IMG/VR virus record: IMGVR_UViG_3300022660_000050
From: a virus
Lineage: Duplodnaviria; Heunggongvirae; Uroviricota; Caudoviricetes
Strand: one strand, 5' to 3'
Length of the DNA: 64,000 nt
Under the pieces are notes generated by a model that worked only from the letters and a program-made list of their open reading frames with translations, ran no database searches and was not told the origin of the DNA. Of the stretch, positions 26,851 to 36,590 are shown in pieces; the first letter of the stretch is position 1, and each line of letters begins with the position of its first letter. Both the position numbers and the translations under genes were made by a program.

Positions 26851-28035
26851 ATGTTTATTGAAACACACTCAGATAATGATATAACTTTAGCTTTTATAAA
26901 AAGTGGCAATGTTAGAGCCTACCCATGTGGTCGTAGACGTAGCACAGAGATCGACCGTGATGGTAGTAATATAACAACAGAGGATAAGTACCGCATTCCT
27001 TTTGACCCAGAGGCACGTTTAAATACTGAAGCTAATGCATTAAAACATTCCAGTATGAATGGATATACACAAACTTATATTAAGCAATTTAATGATGATA
27101 ATAGTAATCTATTTGAGCTTGCTTTGGGTGGGTATTTATTTAGTATTGACTTGCGGGACAATGACGATTCTTATGCTTCAGTAGATAAATTTTGTGAGAA
27201 ACTATTAATCAGTTTAGGTGTGACTGAGCCAAGCTACATTTTTGCTAATATTTTGATTGAAGATGTACACCTTTATTCAGGCTTCCAGGAGTACTTTACA
27301 GGAATTCTTCGTAACCAGAAGGACTCTGCAGGAGAGACTCCGGAAACTTCCTTGGACCTACTAAGGGCTGCCCGTAGTACAACAGCCGGTCAAGCTGTAG
27401 ATACTGTAGATGCAAAAAATCCTGCAGACTACTATTTTTCAGGTTTATCTTTTTCAGTAGCGCCGCTTGCCGGCTCAATTCCAGATGATGTACCATATTA
27501 TGTAAAACCATTAGCTGTTGAAAGAGATACTACTACTGTTAATCAAACCTGTATTTCATTACGCCTATTTGAAAAGATTGAGGGTGAGTGGAAACTTTAT
27601 AATCAAGCGCTATTACCTGAAATTTCACATGGCCCTGATGCTCACTCTGTAAAGGTCGCCATTCTTTCTAGTGATGCTATTAGTGCTAATAATCTTGATG
27701 CAAATAACAAAGTAACTGCACCAATGGCAGAGATAGGTAGCCTATCTGCTAAAAATATTCTTGTTACTGCTGAAGAAGGTATTGAGGGCTCCGGTAAAAT
27801 TGGTACAGTAGACAGTAAAGTACCCGAAATGTGGGCACAAAAAATAAACGCAACAGCACTTTCTGTCGGTAGCGATACTTCAGTAATTTCAGCAGCAGCA
27901 GGAACTGTTACTGCTCCAACTTTTATACAAAAAATAGAAGATACAAACTACCCGGTACCTGCTATAACGCTTGTAGAATCTGGTAGTGGTGAGTTCCAGT
28001 TACAAATTTTGCGTGTTAGAACTACGACAGATTAA
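26851..28035 (+). CDS. putative tail fibre/baseplate-associated protein
   Basis: Ser/Thr/Ala-rich C-terminal repeats typical of beta-helical fibres; cluster context. Confidence 0.45.
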   Translation: MFIETHSDNDITLAFIKSGNVRAYPCGRRRSTEIDRDGSNITTEDKYRIPFDPEARLNTEANALKHSSMNGYTQTYIKQFNDDNSNLFELALGGYLFSIDLRDNDDSYASVDKFCEKLLISLGVTEPSYIFANILIEDVHLYSGFQEYFTGILRNQKDSAGETPETSLDLLRAARSTTAGQAVDTVDAKNPADYYFSGLSFSVAPLAGSIPDDVPYYVKPLAVERDTTTVNQTCISLRLFEKIEGEWKLYNQALLPEISHGPDAHSVKVAILSSDAISANNLDANNKVTAPMAEIGSLSAKNILVTAEEGIEGSGKIGTVDSKVPEMWAQKINATALSVGSDTSVISAAAGTVTAPTFIQKIEDTNYPVPAITLVESGSGEFQLQILRVRTTTD

Positions 28036-28070
28036 TAATTTGTTAATTTAATAAAGAGCTACAAATTATT

Positions 28071-28080
28071 GGCTAAATTA
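28071..28080 (+). promoter_or_regulatory. class-B motif
   Basis: GGCTAAATTA 46 nt before ATG 28126. Confidence 0.55.
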
Positions 28081-28125
28081 AATGATAAAATTATGCTTAT
28101 TATTTAGTCAAAGGAGAAACACTAA

Positions 28126-28830
28126 ATGCCAGGTTGGTTAATAACTGTGCTAAGCACGGCGGGTTCAGTGCTATTAACACTGACAATTACATTATTATTT
28201 AATAAATTAGTAGCACTTCCAAAAGAGTTGAGAAAGCAACGTGAGGCAGAGGCAGCTCGGCAAGCTGAAGAAGAGTCTAGAAAAGAAGCTGCTAGAAAAG
28301 CAGAAGTAGATGCTCTTAAAGCAGAAATTGCAAATGAGCGCGCAACGGCTAGAGCGGTAGAAGACCAGCTTAGATGTGAGCTTGTAGCAAAGGAAGCTAG
28401 GATTCTTTCGTTAGAAGCAGCAGTAGACGCACTACCTGGTTATAGAGCACAGAGTTTGCAGATTCAGCAACAACTGCAGTCTACCGACCAAGAAATTTTA
28501 GTTGCATTAACAGAGATTAAAGGTGGTATAAAAGAAAACCAAAATATCTTAAATACTCGCCTTGACCGTCTTGAAGATCGTGAGAAAAATGCAATACGTG
28601 CAAAACTCTTAGATGAATTTAGATTATTTACAGATGAGCATAAAAATCCTATGCAGGCTTGGTCTGAGATGGAGCATCATGCATTCTTCAAATTAGTCAA
28701 AGACTATGAAGCATTGAATGGTAATGACTACGTACACAGTGAAGTGCTTCCTGCAATGAATAGACTTGAAGTAATTCCTATGAGCAATAAAGAAAAATTA
28801 CTTGAATTAATGCAGAGTAGAAGATTATAA
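28126..28830 (+). CDS. membrane-anchored coiled-coil protein (possible lysis/holin-type)
   Basis: One N-terminal TM, long coiled coil, C-terminal DYEALNGNDYVH. Confidence 0.5.
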   Translation: MPGWLITVLSTAGSVLLTLTITLLFNKLVALPKELRKQREAEAARQAEEESRKEAARKAEVDALKAEIANERATARAVEDQLRCELVAKEARILSLEAAVDALPGYRAQSLQIQQQLQSTDQEILVALTEIKGGIKENQNILNTRLDRLEDREKNAIRAKLLDEFRLFTDEHKNPMQAWSEMEHHAFFKLVKDYEALNGNDYVHSEVLPAMNRLEVIPMSNKEKLLELMQSRRL

Positions 28831-28840
28831 TATTAAGCTA

Positions 28841-28870
28841 AAACGGGTCCGTCAATAGATGGGCCCTTTT
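28841..28870 (+). terminator. intrinsic terminator
   Basis: GGGTCCGTC/GATGGGCCC stem plus T-run. Confidence 0.7.
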
Positions 28871-28943
28871 TATTTGTTAAATTTTAAGATTATATGCTGT
28901 ATAATATAAAGTATAAAGATATTGAAGGAGAAGATACCAAAAG

Positions 28944-31028
28944 ATGTCAAAACAATACACTTCTGATAATATTAAAGTTTTAAATGACATCGAGCATATT
29001 CAGCTAAGATCTGGTATGTATATTGGCGAAGCCAATGACCCTAGATCTCTGTTTTCTGAGATGTTCGACAATGCCATGGATGAGGTAAGCGCCGGGCATT
29101 CCACTGAACTTGTTGTAGAAGTTGATACCAAAGAAAACAGATACACTGTTCATGACTTTGGCCGAGGAATCCCTCACGGCAAGAAAAAGCTCGAGAACGG
29201 CGAGGAAAAGGAAGTAATCGAAGTCCTTATGACCGTTGCTAACTCAGGCGGTAAATTTGATAATAATTCCTATAATTATTCTGCCGGCCTTAATGGTGTC
29301 GGTATGACTGTTACTAACGCTTTATCTGAAACGTTTACAGTTAGGTCCAGACGAAGCGGTAAATTTGTTGAGGTAACTACTCACGGTTCCGCGGAAACTG
29401 AGCTTAAAAAAGGTAAAACAGAAGAGCTTCATGGCACTTCGGCTTCATTTATTCCTAACAAAAAGTACTTCCACTCTGTAAAAATTCCTAAGGATTTTAT
29501 TCTTAGCCGTTGTAAAATTGCGTCGGCACTTGGTTTTAGAGCGCGCTGCATTATTGATGGTGAAGAGCAAGATACTAATTGTACCATTTTTGATTTGATC
29601 AAAGAGGAAGATACTAAGATCGCTACTTATGTAGATATTCCAACCATTGAGGTACAGAACGAAGCGGGCGAGTCTATGAAAGTAGCTCTTAGATATACTT
29701 CTGATACTAAGGATAGATACTTTGGTTATACTAACCTTCTTGCAAACTACCTCGGAGGTACCCATGTTCAGTGCCTTTCTAAAACGGTTATTTCTGCATG
29801 GGAAACCTTAATTAGTAAATATAAAAATTTGAGACCTGCTGTAGAGCTTAAGTCTTCAGACTACCTCGTAGGCCTCAGAGGTATTTGTGCTGTATTTATT
29901 TCTCACCCTGAGTTTTCTTCTCAGACGAAGGAGAAATTGGTCGTTAATAAGGCTTATTTTGACGACCTTATGGAAGCTTTCAGCAAGAGCCTAGTAAAGT
30001 ACCTCACTGACAATATTGAGGTTGCACAGCAGCTTATAAAGCGCTTTGAGGAGTATCGTGTAGCTCAAAATGCCTTGCTTTCTCGTAAGGAAATTTCTTC
30101 ATTGATTAAGATTAATGAGGACTCTGGTGATAATATCAGACGTCGTTCTGTAGTAAGTAAGCTTGTAGAGTGTACTTCCAGAAAGAGAGATGATACAGAG
30201 CTCTTTATTGTTGAAGGTGATTCAGCTATGGGCCCGTACCTCTATGTAAGAGATAAAGCAACCCAGGCAGTACTTCCTATCAGAGGTAAGATTCTTAATA
30301 CTACTTATAAGGACCTTAAGGAAGTAATTCAGAACAAAGAAATTTGTGATATTGCAAACTCTATTGGTTGTGGTATTGGAGCTCAGTGTGATGCTTCAAA
30401 ATCAAGATATGAGAGAATTATTATATCTGCCGACGCCGACCCTGACGGACTTCAGATTAACTGCCTTGTTCTTGCAGTATTTATTAACCTGTTTCCTGAC
30501 ATGGTTAAGCAGGGAAGAGTATTTGTTTCTTTGCCACCTCTTTATTGTTGGGGCAAGAGTGCCAAGGATTACGGCTGGTGTAATAAGGTAGAGGATATTC
30601 CTGCTACTGCAAAAGATGTTCACCGCTTCAAAGGTCTTGGAGAAATGAACGATGACCAGCTTTATTACTTCCTTGTAGATAAGAATACTAGAAATGTACT
30701 TCAGATTGAATACCCTTCTGATATTGATGAGTTTAATAAAATTTTAGGTACCTCTGAAGGTAAGGGTAGTCTTCTTAAGGACCTTGGAATTATTCTTAAT
30801 TCTGAGACGAAGGTATTTACTAATCCTGAGCCTGTAGTTAAGCGGGACAATAATATTGTGCCTGTTACTGTCGACGGTCCTGTGCTTACTGTTAAAGAGC
30901 CTGTTCCTGTTGAAAAAATTACAAAACCTAGAAAGAAGCCCGCTGAGAAAAGCTCTACAAAAAAGATTGCAATAGTTGGCACCGGTAAACCTGCTATGCC
31001 AAATTTGTTTGACGGGCTATTTGACTAA
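28944..31028 (+). CDS. gyrB: type IIA topoisomerase subunit B (GyrB/ParE-like)
   Basis: EMFDNAMDE, DFGRGIP, GLNGVG, VEGDSA, PIRGKILN, ADADPDG, RFKGLGEM. Confidence 0.93.
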   Translation: MSKQYTSDNIKVLNDIEHIQLRSGMYIGEANDPRSLFSEMFDNAMDEVSAGHSTELVVEVDTKENRYTVHDFGRGIPHGKKKLENGEEKEVIEVLMTVANSGGKFDNNSYNYSAGLNGVGMTVTNALSETFTVRSRRSGKFVEVTTHGSAETELKKGKTEELHGTSASFIPNKKYFHSVKIPKDFILSRCKIASALGFRARCIIDGEEQDTNCTIFDLIKEEDTKIATYVDIPTIEVQNEAGESMKVALRYTSDTKDRYFGYTNLLANYLGGTHVQCLSKTVISAWETLISKYKNLRPAVELKSSDYLVGLRGICAVFISHPEFSSQTKEKLVVNKAYFDDLMEAFSKSLVKYLTDNIEVAQQLIKRFEEYRVAQNALLSRKEISSLIKINEDSGDNIRRRSVVSKLVECTSRKRDDTELFIVEGDSAMGPYLYVRDKATQAVLPIRGKILNTTYKDLKEVIQNKEICDIANSIGCGIGAQCDASKSRYERIIISADADPDGLQINCLVLAVFINLFPDMVKQGRVFVSLPPLYCWGKSAKDYGWCNKVEDIPATAKDVHRFKGLGEMNDDQLYYFLVDKNTRNVLQIEYPSDIDEFNKILGTSEGKGSLLKDLGIILNSETKVFTNPEPVVKRDNNIVPVTVDGPVLTVKEPVPVEKITKPRKKPAEKSSTKKIAIVGTGKPAMPNLFDGLFD

Positions 31029-31039
31029 GGAGGAAATAT

Positions 31040-32425
31040 ATGAGTAAAGTTATTCCTACAAAAGATGCTCTGGAGCTTGCTTCAGAGAATTATAAAGAAT
31101 ATAGCGTTTATGTTGCTGCTGGTCGTGCCTATGGATCTGTTATTGACGGTGCGAAAAGCGTTCAGAAGAGAGTTATTTATTCTCTTTATAAGAAGGCACC
31201 TAGATCTATTATTAAGGTAGCAGAAGCGGCTGGCTATTGTCTTGATATGCACCCGCATCCTACAGCAGTTCCTGAGGTTATTGTATCTCTCGGTGATACA
31301 AGTAATAAATTTAACTTCCTTGATAAGCAGGGAAACTTTGGTAACAGAGCTAAGAATATTGAAGCTTCAGCTCCACGTTATATTGGTTGTAGACTATCAG
31401 ATCTTGCTATTGATCTTACCTGTGACGGCGTTGAGTATTGTCCTACTATGACCGGTGAGCTTGATAAGCCTGAACCTATTGCCCTGCCTACCTTGCTTCC
31501 TCTTTGTTTCCTTAATTCAATGTCTGGTATTCCTGCAGGTCTTCCCAAGCTCAATATTCCCAGTTTGGATATTGAAGGTATGTTTGATTACTACCTTGAT
31601 ATCCTTAAGCATAAGGACCTTAACTGGGTACCTAAAAAGCTCCCTATTCCTAATGTTGGTGTGCCGATTTTGTCGACTAAGACAGAGTGGGAAGAAGTGC
31701 TCAGGACTGGTAAAGGCACTGTCAGACTTGCACCTGAGATGACTATTGATAAAAATGGTACTATCACTATCACTGCGATGCCTTCTTCTAAGTCAGCAGA
31801 GCATGTTAGAAAGATCATTGAAAAAGAAATTTTGCTTGATAAAGTAGATATGCGTGATGAGTCTACTTATGAAACACGTATTGTTATTGAGAAAGTATTT
31901 AAGAAGCAGTGCGATATGCAAGAGCTTTTTGATAGACTTTATAAGAAACTTCAGGCTTCTGAAACCTATAATCTGGCTTTCTTCGACCAGGACCATATTT
32001 ATGTTCCTTGTAGCTTTGACTTGGTAGTAAAGTCTAATCTTAATTATCTGATTGAAACACACACTAATCGTCTAACACATCAGATTGCAGATAATAGAGA
32101 AAAGCTTCTCGTGCTTCAAATTATTGAAAGCCTTAAGAAAACAAATAACTGGAAGGATATCTTTGATTTGTCGTATGTCGATGCAGTAAATTTTATAGCA
32201 ATGAGATTTAAAGCTTGTACAGAAGAAATTGCAAAAGAAGTTCTTAGAAAGCCAATGTCGTACTTAACAAAAGCACATGATCAAGAAATTACTGACCTTC
32301 AGAATATTATTGCTGAACTAGAAAATGACCAGTCAGATATTTTTGAAATGCTTGCTAAAAAGTATAAGACTGTAAAAACAAAGGTACTTAAAGAAGTTTC
32401 TAAAAATACTACTAAATTTATCTAA
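31040..32425 (+). CDS. gyrA: type IIA topoisomerase subunit A (GyrA/ParC-like, no C-terminal pinwheel)
   Basis: DGAKSVQKR, HPH, QGNFG, ASAPRY active tyrosine; 461 aa. Confidence 0.9.
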   Translation: MSKVIPTKDALELASENYKEYSVYVAAGRAYGSVIDGAKSVQKRVIYSLYKKAPRSIIKVAEAAGYCLDMHPHPTAVPEVIVSLGDTSNKFNFLDKQGNFGNRAKNIEASAPRYIGCRLSDLAIDLTCDGVEYCPTMTGELDKPEPIALPTLLPLCFLNSMSGIPAGLPKLNIPSLDIEGMFDYYLDILKHKDLNWVPKKLPIPNVGVPILSTKTEWEEVLRTGKGTVRLAPEMTIDKNGTITITAMPSSKSAEHVRKIIEKEILLDKVDMRDESTYETRIVIEKVFKKQCDMQELFDRLYKKLQASETYNLAFFDQDHIYVPCSFDLVVKSNLNYLIETHTNRLTHQIADNREKLLVLQIIESLKKTNNWKDIFDLSYVDAVNFIAMRFKACTEEIAKEVLRKPMSYLTKAHDQEITDLQNIIAELENDQSDIFEMLAKKYKTVKTKVLKEVSKNTTKFI

Positions 32426-32446
32426 AATTTATATATCTATACTAAG

Positions 32447-32456
32447 TGCTAAATTA
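32447..32456 (+). promoter_or_regulatory. class-B motif
   Basis: TGCTAAATTA 23 nt before ATG 32479. Confidence 0.55.
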
Positions 32457-32478
32457 TATAGAAACAGGAGGACTTAGT

Positions 32479-33195
32479 ATGGATTATAAAAGATTAAATT
32501 TTGAGGACTACTTTATAATATGCTCTGAAAATTGTAATGGGCGAGCAACTGACCTAGAAATAGCTAAATATGAAAGTATACCCTATAGTTATCGCGGCAA
32601 AGATTATTTAGCGGAATATCAAGTACGCTTTGATACAACAAGAAATTGCATCCAAGTGCTTTTTGAGCAAACTTCTACAAAATCAGACTGGCGCGTAAAT
32701 TTTAATTTTGCTTCTAAAATTTATGACAAGTTTACTTTTGACGGCAAGCTAATTCAGCTAAAAGTACATAGAGGTTGGGGTGGAATGTGGCTTGTATGTC
32801 AGCAGACGGTAAGAGCTAAAATTGCCACTTTATTAGAAGAGCATCCTGATTGCTTTATAGAAGTTTTTGGCTGGTCCCTTGGTTCCGGATTAGCACAACT
32901 TTGTGCAGAAGATATTTATTTTAAGTTTGGTATTAAACCATACCTTTATACCTATGGAAGTGTTAAGCCTTTCTTTGGTAAAGATACATATAACTTTGTA
33001 AAATCTTGCTGTGCAGAGGCTTATAACTTCTATGATCACTGTGATATTGTCGGCTATATGGTACCTTTCCCTTGCTGGAAAGCAATAAATCACTGTAAAG
33101 TAAAACTTGAGAAATTTAGTATTCTTAAGCTCTTTAAGCCAAATATATATCATAGCTACTACGATATTCCAGAGCAATACAAAGATTATAACTAA
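32479..33195 (+). CDS. alpha/beta hydrolase, lipase class 3-like
   Basis: VHRGW, FGWSLGSGLA nucleophile elbow, YTYGS, DIV, C-terminal His (IYHSYY). Confidence 0.8.
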   Translation: MDYKRLNFEDYFIICSENCNGRATDLEIAKYESIPYSYRGKDYLAEYQVRFDTTRNCIQVLFEQTSTKSDWRVNFNFASKIYDKFTFDGKLIQLKVHRGWGGMWLVCQQTVRAKIATLLEEHPDCFIEVFGWSLGSGLAQLCAEDIYFKFGIKPYLYTYGSVKPFFGKDTYNFVKSCCAEAYNFYDHCDIVGYMVPFPCWKAINHCKVKLEKFSILKLFKPNIYHSYYDIPEQYKDYN

Positions 33196-33202
33196 AATAA
33201 TT

Positions 33203-33246
33203 AAACGGTCACTAAATGTGGCCGTTTTTTATTGTATTATATAATA
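33203..33246 (+). promoter_or_regulatory. fused terminator plus class-A promoter cassette
   Basis: AAACGGTCAC/GTGGCCGTTT-TTT immediately followed by ATTGTATTATATAATA. Confidence 0.75.
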
Positions 33247-33273
33247 TAAATTTAATTTACCAAGGAGAATAAA

Positions 33274-33681
33274 ATGGTAAAGCTTGATGAAAAAGATTTA
33301 TATCAGCTTTTAATTGCAGAATTTAGGTATGCCGTAAATAGAGATAACCACCTTGCTCCAGGAGGTTGCGTACAGCACGTTATGGACTACCTTCCTGAGA
33401 TGTCGTCACAGTGGAAAACTCATACTGCAGAACAGTTGACTAATGAGATTATTCAAGAAAGACTTTTTATCGGAGGCAGAGTAAAAGGTCGACTTGAACA
33501 GGATGCAGAGTGGGAAAAGCTTCTTGTTTTTCTAACAGACTATATTACAAAGCTTCCATACGCAGTAGAAAAGTACATGCAGTATATTTATAATAAACCT
33601 GATTGGGAAGCTAATATCGATTATTATTCTCCAGAAATGGCCGCAAAAATTAAACTAAATCAAACAAAATTTAGTGTATAA
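33274..33681 (+). CDS. hypothetical protein
   Basis: AAGGAG RBS, 135 aa. Confidence 0.7.
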   Translation: MVKLDEKDLYQLLIAEFRYAVNRDNHLAPGGCVQHVMDYLPEMSSQWKTHTAEQLTNEIIQERLFIGGRVKGRLEQDAEWEKLLVFLTDYITKLPYAVEKYMQYIYNKPDWEANIDYYSPEMAAKIKLNQTKFSV

Positions 33682-33711
33682 TATAGTATTAATTGAAAGG
33701 AATTATATTAA

Positions 33712-34557
33712 ATGAGCATTGCAGATCTTTATTTTAAAGATGAAGTAAACGAACTTCTTACTAATGGTTTTAATGACAAGGATTATCCCGTAAGACCTAA
33801 GTGGCCCGACGGCACTCCTGCGCACACAATTAAGACTTTCTGTGCAGTTAGAACTTACGACCTTTCTAAAGAATTTCCTATTCTTACTCTCAGAACTCAG
33901 GCTTTTAAGGGCGTGGTAAGAGAGCTTCTATGGATGTGGCAGAAGAAGTCTAATGTTGTAAATGAACTGGGCAAATCTGCTTCTATTTGGAGAGCTTGGG
34001 AAGGTGAAGACGGAACTATTGGTAAGACCTATGGCTATCAGCTTGGTAAGGTATCTGATTATGGCTACGGCAAGTTTGACCAGGTAGATAATCTTATTTA
34101 TCTTTTGAAGAATAAGCCAATGGACCGCAGAATGATTACTACTATGTGGTGTCCTCAGGACCTTAATGAGATGAATCTTCCTCCGTGTGTGTATGAGACT
34201 CTTTGGGATGTTTCTGACGGAAAGCTTAATTGTACCGTAATTCAGCGTTCAGGTGACTTGCTTGCAGCTGCTGCCTCTGGTGGTTGGGATACTATTCAAT
34301 ATGCAGTTTTGGTACATATGCTTGCACAGGTTTGTGGTTATCAGCCTGGTACACTTGTCCATATTGTAAATAATCTTCATATTTACGACCGTCATGTAGA
34401 CCTTGTTAAGGAAGTTATGGAAAATCCTGAATATCCTGGTCCTCAGCTTAAGCTTAATCCAGACGTAAAGGATTTTTATGACTTTACAGAAGATGACTTT
34501 GAGCTTATTGGTTATCAGTCTACTAAGCTTGCTACTAAGTTTGAGGTAGCGGAGTAA
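33712..34557 (+). CDS. thyA: thymidylate synthase (ThyA)
   Basis: ELLWMW, YGYQL, RRMI, LPPC, QRSGD, HIYDRH. Confidence 0.96.
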   Translation: MSIADLYFKDEVNELLTNGFNDKDYPVRPKWPDGTPAHTIKTFCAVRTYDLSKEFPILTLRTQAFKGVVRELLWMWQKKSNVVNELGKSASIWRAWEGEDGTIGKTYGYQLGKVSDYGYGKFDQVDNLIYLLKNKPMDRRMITTMWCPQDLNEMNLPPCVYETLWDVSDGKLNCTVIQRSGDLLAAAASGGWDTIQYAVLVHMLAQVCGYQPGTLVHIVNNLHIYDRHVDLVKEVMENPEYPGPQLKLNPDVKDFYDFTEDDFELIGYQSTKLATKFEVAE

Positions 34558-34766
34558 TGGGAACTGCTTCAATTCATACTTCTACAGGTTCAACAATTTA
34601 CTATTCCCAACGATGTTTGTGCTGTGAAAACACAAGACGTCTTCCGGAAGGAATGACTTATTGCAGTACACCTTGGGTTTGTGATGAGTGCAGAGACGCT
34701 ATTGCTTTTCTTAAAGACTTCAAAAAAGAATATATCAAAGCACAAAAAATGCTGGATAAAACGTAA
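34557..34766 (+). CDS. small Zn-finger protein
   Basis: CLCC...CDEC; TAATG-coupled. Confidence 0.6.
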   Translation: MGTASIHTSTGSTIYYSQRCLCCENTRRLPEGMTYCSTPWVCDECRDAIAFLKDFKKEYIKAQKMLDKT

Positions 34767-34775
34767 AATAATGTT

Positions 34776-34820
34776 AAGGTAGGCTTGAAAAATAGCCTAC
34801 CTTTATTGTATTATATAATA
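34776..34820 (+). promoter_or_regulatory. fused terminator plus class-A promoter ahead of NAD operon
   Basis: AAGGTAGGCT/AGCCTACCTT-T then ATTGTATTATATAATA. Confidence 0.75.
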
Positions 34821-34850
34821 TAAAAATAATAAACAGGAGTAACATGAATT

Positions 34851-36050
34851 ATGAAACTTAATCCTATTATTAACTCGTTGCTTGAAACTGACCTCTACAA
34901 GTTTTCCATGGGTCAGGCAATCTATCATCAGTTCCCCAGTTACATGACAACTTGGACTTTTAAGTGCAGAAACAAGGATGTTTTCTTCACTCAGGAGATG
35001 GTAGAGGAAATCAAAGAGCAACTTAGAGCTTATTGCAAACTTCGTTTTACTGAGGATGAGCTTGCCTACCTCGGAAATATTAAGTGGTTTAAGCCTTCTT
35101 ATATTAATTTCCTTCGTCTCTGGCAGCCGAGATTTGAGGATTTCACAATTACTACCGATGCAGCATGCGGTCTCGCGATTGAGACAGACGGCTCTTGGTT
35201 GAATACTTCTATGTATGAGATCCCTACTCTCGCAATCGTTAATGAAGTTTATTTTAGAATGAACTACAGCTACGAGGAAAGATTTGAGAGCTTCAAGAAA
35301 AAGCTCGATGAAAAGATCGACAAGATTGATAAAGAGTATTTCCTCGGTACTTATAGTGAGTTTGGTCTCAGAAGACGTTTGTCCAGTGAAGCTCAGGAGC
35401 TGGCTGTTCAGAAGCTTGCAGCTACCTCTTCCGAAACTTCTCACTTCATTGGCACCTCTAATGTATATCTTGCAAAGAAGTATGGTTTGACTCCTGTAGG
35501 TACTATGGCACATGAATGGATTATGTGCACCGGTCAAGGTAATCTTAAGCATAATCCTGCTTATTCGAACTGGTACGCTCTCGATGCTTGGGTTAAGGAA
35601 TATGGTATCCTCAATGGTATCGCGCTTACTGATACTATTACTACTAAGTGTTTTGCTAAGGACTTCCAGCTCACTTATGCTACTCTTTTTAGTGGCGTTA
35701 GACACGATTCCGGTGATCCTTATGAATGGGGTGACTTCATGATTGAGCACTACAAGTCTCTCGGTATTGACCCTAAGGGTAAGACTCTTCTTTTTAGTGA
35801 CAGTCTTAACTTTGAGAAGGCAACAGCCCTTAACAAGTATTTTAAGGATAAAGCTAAGCCCGCGTTTGGTATTGGTACATATATCTCTAATGACACTGAT
35901 ATGCCCGCTCTTAACATCGTTATGAAAACTACTAAGTGTAATGGTACCGACGTTGCTAAGATTTCTGACGTCCCCGGTAAGGGAATGTGCAAGAATCAGG
36001 ATTATGTAGACTACCTTAATCGAACCATCACTTGGAGAATGGAGCACTAA
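34851..36050 (+). CDS. pncB: nicotinate phosphoribosyltransferase
   Basis: LLETDLYKFSM, SEFGLRRR, GTMAHEW, GVRHDSGDP, FGIGT, KISDVPGK (PncB-type, not NadV-type motifs). Confidence 0.93.
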   Translation: MKLNPIINSLLETDLYKFSMGQAIYHQFPSYMTTWTFKCRNKDVFFTQEMVEEIKEQLRAYCKLRFTEDELAYLGNIKWFKPSYINFLRLWQPRFEDFTITTDAACGLAIETDGSWLNTSMYEIPTLAIVNEVYFRMNYSYEERFESFKKKLDEKIDKIDKEYFLGTYSEFGLRRRLSSEAQELAVQKLAATSSETSHFIGTSNVYLAKKYGLTPVGTMAHEWIMCTGQGNLKHNPAYSNWYALDAWVKEYGILNGIALTDTITTKCFAKDFQLTYATLFSGVRHDSGDPYEWGDFMIEHYKSLGIDPKGKTLLFSDSLNFEKATALNKYFKDKAKPAFGIGTYISNDTDMPALNIVMKTTKCNGTDVAKISDVPGKGMCKNQDYVDYLNRTITWRMEH

Positions 36051-36589
36051 TGAAGCTTTATAATTTAGGAATGGTCCTCGGCCGTTTCCAAGTGCTTCAT
36101 AAGGGACATGTAGCAATGGTAAAGCATGCTCTTGAGTTTTGTGACCAGGTAGTTGTCTATATCGGCTCAAGCCAAGAGCAGCGCACTACTACCAACCCTT
36201 TTAGTTATGAAGAACGCGTTGAGATGTTTGAAAGAGTTTTTGTTGCGGAATGCATTTGTAAAAAGCTTTTGATTCGTCCGCTTCCTGATATCGGTGCAGG
36301 TAATAACTCTTCTTGGGGAGAGTATGTAATGAATACTTTTAATAAAGAATTTCACCGACTCCCTGACCTTTATGTAACCGGCTGCGAAAAAGAACGTGCT
36401 TCTTGGTTTACAGATGTTATTGCGCCAAATACAGATGAATTAAGAATGACTCGTAAAAATATTGACGTATCTGGTACCTGGTGCCGTCAGGCGCTACTTG
36501 CAAATGATTACGAACAGTGGTGTAAAATGGTTCCTTATGAGTTGTTTGACAAGTTCAAAGAATATAAAAATATATTAGAAGAGGTATAA
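36050..36589 (+). CDS. nicotinate/nicotinamide mononucleotide adenylyltransferase (NadM/NadR-like)
   Basis: GRFQVLHKGH HxGH motif, IGSSQ...NPFSYEER, SGTWCR; TAATG-coupled start 36050. Confidence 0.88.
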   Translation: MKLYNLGMVLGRFQVLHKGHVAMVKHALEFCDQVVVYIGSSQEQRTTTNPFSYEERVEMFERVFVAECICKKLLIRPLPDIGAGNNSSWGEYVMNTFNKEFHRLPDLYVTGCEKERASWFTDVIAPNTDELRMTRKNIDVSGTWCRQALLANDYEQWCKMVPYELFDKFKEYKNILEEV

Positions 36590-36590
36590 T

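Noticed and set aside
34803-36170. 455-aa minus-strand ORF
   Set aside because: Antisense shadow of pncB; no recognisable motifs, and such shadows follow from the T-ending codon bias.
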